From: Clostridia bacterium
Lineage (GTDB): Bacteria > Bacillota > Clostridia > Oscillospirales > CAG-272
Reading direction: 5' to 3'
DNA: 32,468 nt
Assembly: GCA_017466495.1 (NCBI GenBank)
Contig: JAFTUB010000142.1
Coordinates: forward strand, 1-32,468
Shown: one piece after another, positions 31,646-32,468 of the stretch
Numbering within the stretch: the first letter of the stretch is position 1
Layout: the number at the start of each line of letters is the position of its first letter
The notes under the pieces: model-generated
The model's database searches: none
Seen by the model: the letters and a program-made list of their open reading frames with translations, nothing else
What the model was told of the DNA's origin: nothing
Translations under genes and position numbers: made by a program

Positions 31646-32468
31646 ATGCCTAAGAGTCAATATGTCGATCCCGGCAAAGCCTTTGATGCCGGTTACATCC
31701 ACTTCGAGGACATTCCTGTTTGTCAGTACAACAAGACCCTCGCAGAAGAGCTGAAGATCTACTCCAAAGAGGACATGATGCGCATCTACCGCGACATGGC
31801 CATCATCCGCGAGTTCGAGACCATGCTCAACGAGGTCAAGACCAAGAGCTGCTACAACGGCGTTGAGTACAACAACCCCGGTCCTGCTCACCTGTCCATC
31901 GGTCAGGAGGCTTCGGCTGTCGGTGAGGCTTACTGCCTCGATATCAATGACCTTTCCTTCGGTTCCCACCGCAGCCACGGTGAGATCCTGGCAAAGGGCC
32001 TCTCCTCCATCGAGAAGCTGGACGAGACCGAGCTCTACGACATCATGAAGGAGTTCCTGGGCGGTTCTGTTCTCGCAGTTGTGGAGAAGCACATGAACGC
32101 CGGCGGCAACATCAAGGAGCTGGCCATCAACTTCCTGCTCTACGGTGCGCTCGCTGAGATTTTCGCCAGAACCACCGGTTTCAACCGCGGTCTCGGCGGC
32201 TCCATGCACGCTTTCTTCATTCCCTTCGGTCTGATGCCCAACAACGCAATCGTCGGCGCATCCGCTCCCATCGCTCTGGGTGCTGCTCTCTACAAGAGAT
32301 CCAACCACAAGCCCGGTATCGTTATCTCCAACTGCGGTGATGGCGCAACCGGCCGCGGCCCCGTGCTTGAGTCCCTCAACTTCGCTTCCATGGACCAGAT
32401 CACCAAGCTCTGGGGTATGGACGGCAAGTTCAGCGACGGCGGTATGCCCATCCTCTTCAACGTATTCA
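31646..32468 (+). CDS. partial CDS (runs off the right edge): thiamine-diphosphate-dependent dehydrogenase E1 component, alpha-type N-terminus
   Basis: Absent from the ORF track because it is open-ended. ATG 31646 follows AAGGAGA. Translation begins [58 protein letters not shown] and continues ...SIGQEA...GSHRSHG...GGSMH...[19 protein letters not shown]. Those are E1-alpha motifs, including the GDG start of the ThDP fold. Confidence 0.85.
   Translation, partial: MPKSQYVDPGKAFDAGYIHFEDIPVCQYNKTLAEELKIYSKEDMMRIYRDMAIIREFETMLNEVKTKSCYNGVEYNNPGPAHLSIGQEASAVGEAYCLDINDLSFGSHRSHGEILAKGLSSIEKLDETELYDIMKEFLGGSVLAVVEKHMNAGGNIKELAINFLLYGALAEIFARTTGFNRGLGGSMHAFFIPFGLMPNNAIVGASAPIALGAALYKRSNHKPGIVISNCGDGATGRGPVLESLNFASMDQITKLWGMDGKFSDGGMPILFNVF

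Noticed and set aside
1-32468. A search for tRNA, rRNA, CRISPR arrays, transposases, integrases, reverse transcriptases and obvious toxin-antitoxin or defence genes.
   Set aside because: None was recognised in any frame. Intergenic regions are short and are explained by promoters, terminators or the elements listed above.

Overview
This is a densely coded, high-GC chromosomal segment. Hand-counted 60-nt lines give about 70% GC in typical genes and 35-47% in three small islets. AGGAGG-type ribosome-binding sites, many extended -10 promoters (TGnTATAAT) and the gene content (PHP CpsB-type phosphatase, YolD-like protein, UPF0316/DUF2179) point to a Firmicutes/Clostridia-like organism; that assignment is inference. 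I found no rRNA, tRNA, CRISPR array, transposase or integrase. Left to right the window holds: (1) 1-5620, minus-strand envelope/exopolysaccharide-type tyrosine-phosphorylation operon: PHP tyrosine phosphatase, a membrane-anchored protein with three Ig-like repeats, two tandem fused Wzz/BY-kinase paralogues (one with a (YG)10 tail), an S24/S26-like peptidase and a partial membrane protein. (2) 5878-8000: Mn catalase and an FAD/Rieske oxidoreductase. (3) 8055-9708: ECF sigma factor plus a putative anti-sigma factor. (4) Pyroglutamyl peptidase and a secreted 5'-nucleotidase. (5) 12501-15586: a six-gene minus-strand operon of unknown role (DUF2179, GNAT, radical SAM, low-GC Cys-rich protein, nitroreductase, MGMT-like). 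(6) An orphan larA homologue. (7) A Y-family polymerase/YolD cassette. (8) A low-GC islet with an XRE-plus-helical-repeat regulator broken by an in-frame TGA, and a small membrane protein. (9) Alpha/beta hydrolase, a membrane-anchored MerR regulator and a MATE pump frameshifted in a C7 run. (10) A 576-aa uncharacterised protein. (11) A redox cluster (bcp, cyclase-family protein, Crp/Fnr regulator, trxA) containing a 140-nt multi-hairpin intergenic element. (12) A 2-oxoacid dehydrogenase operon in E2-E3-E1 order that runs off the right edge. The best candidates for something undescribed are the tandem fused BY-kinase module, the radical SAM/GNAT/Cys-rich operon, the 576-aa orphan and the structured intergenic element. 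None could be tested against databases here.
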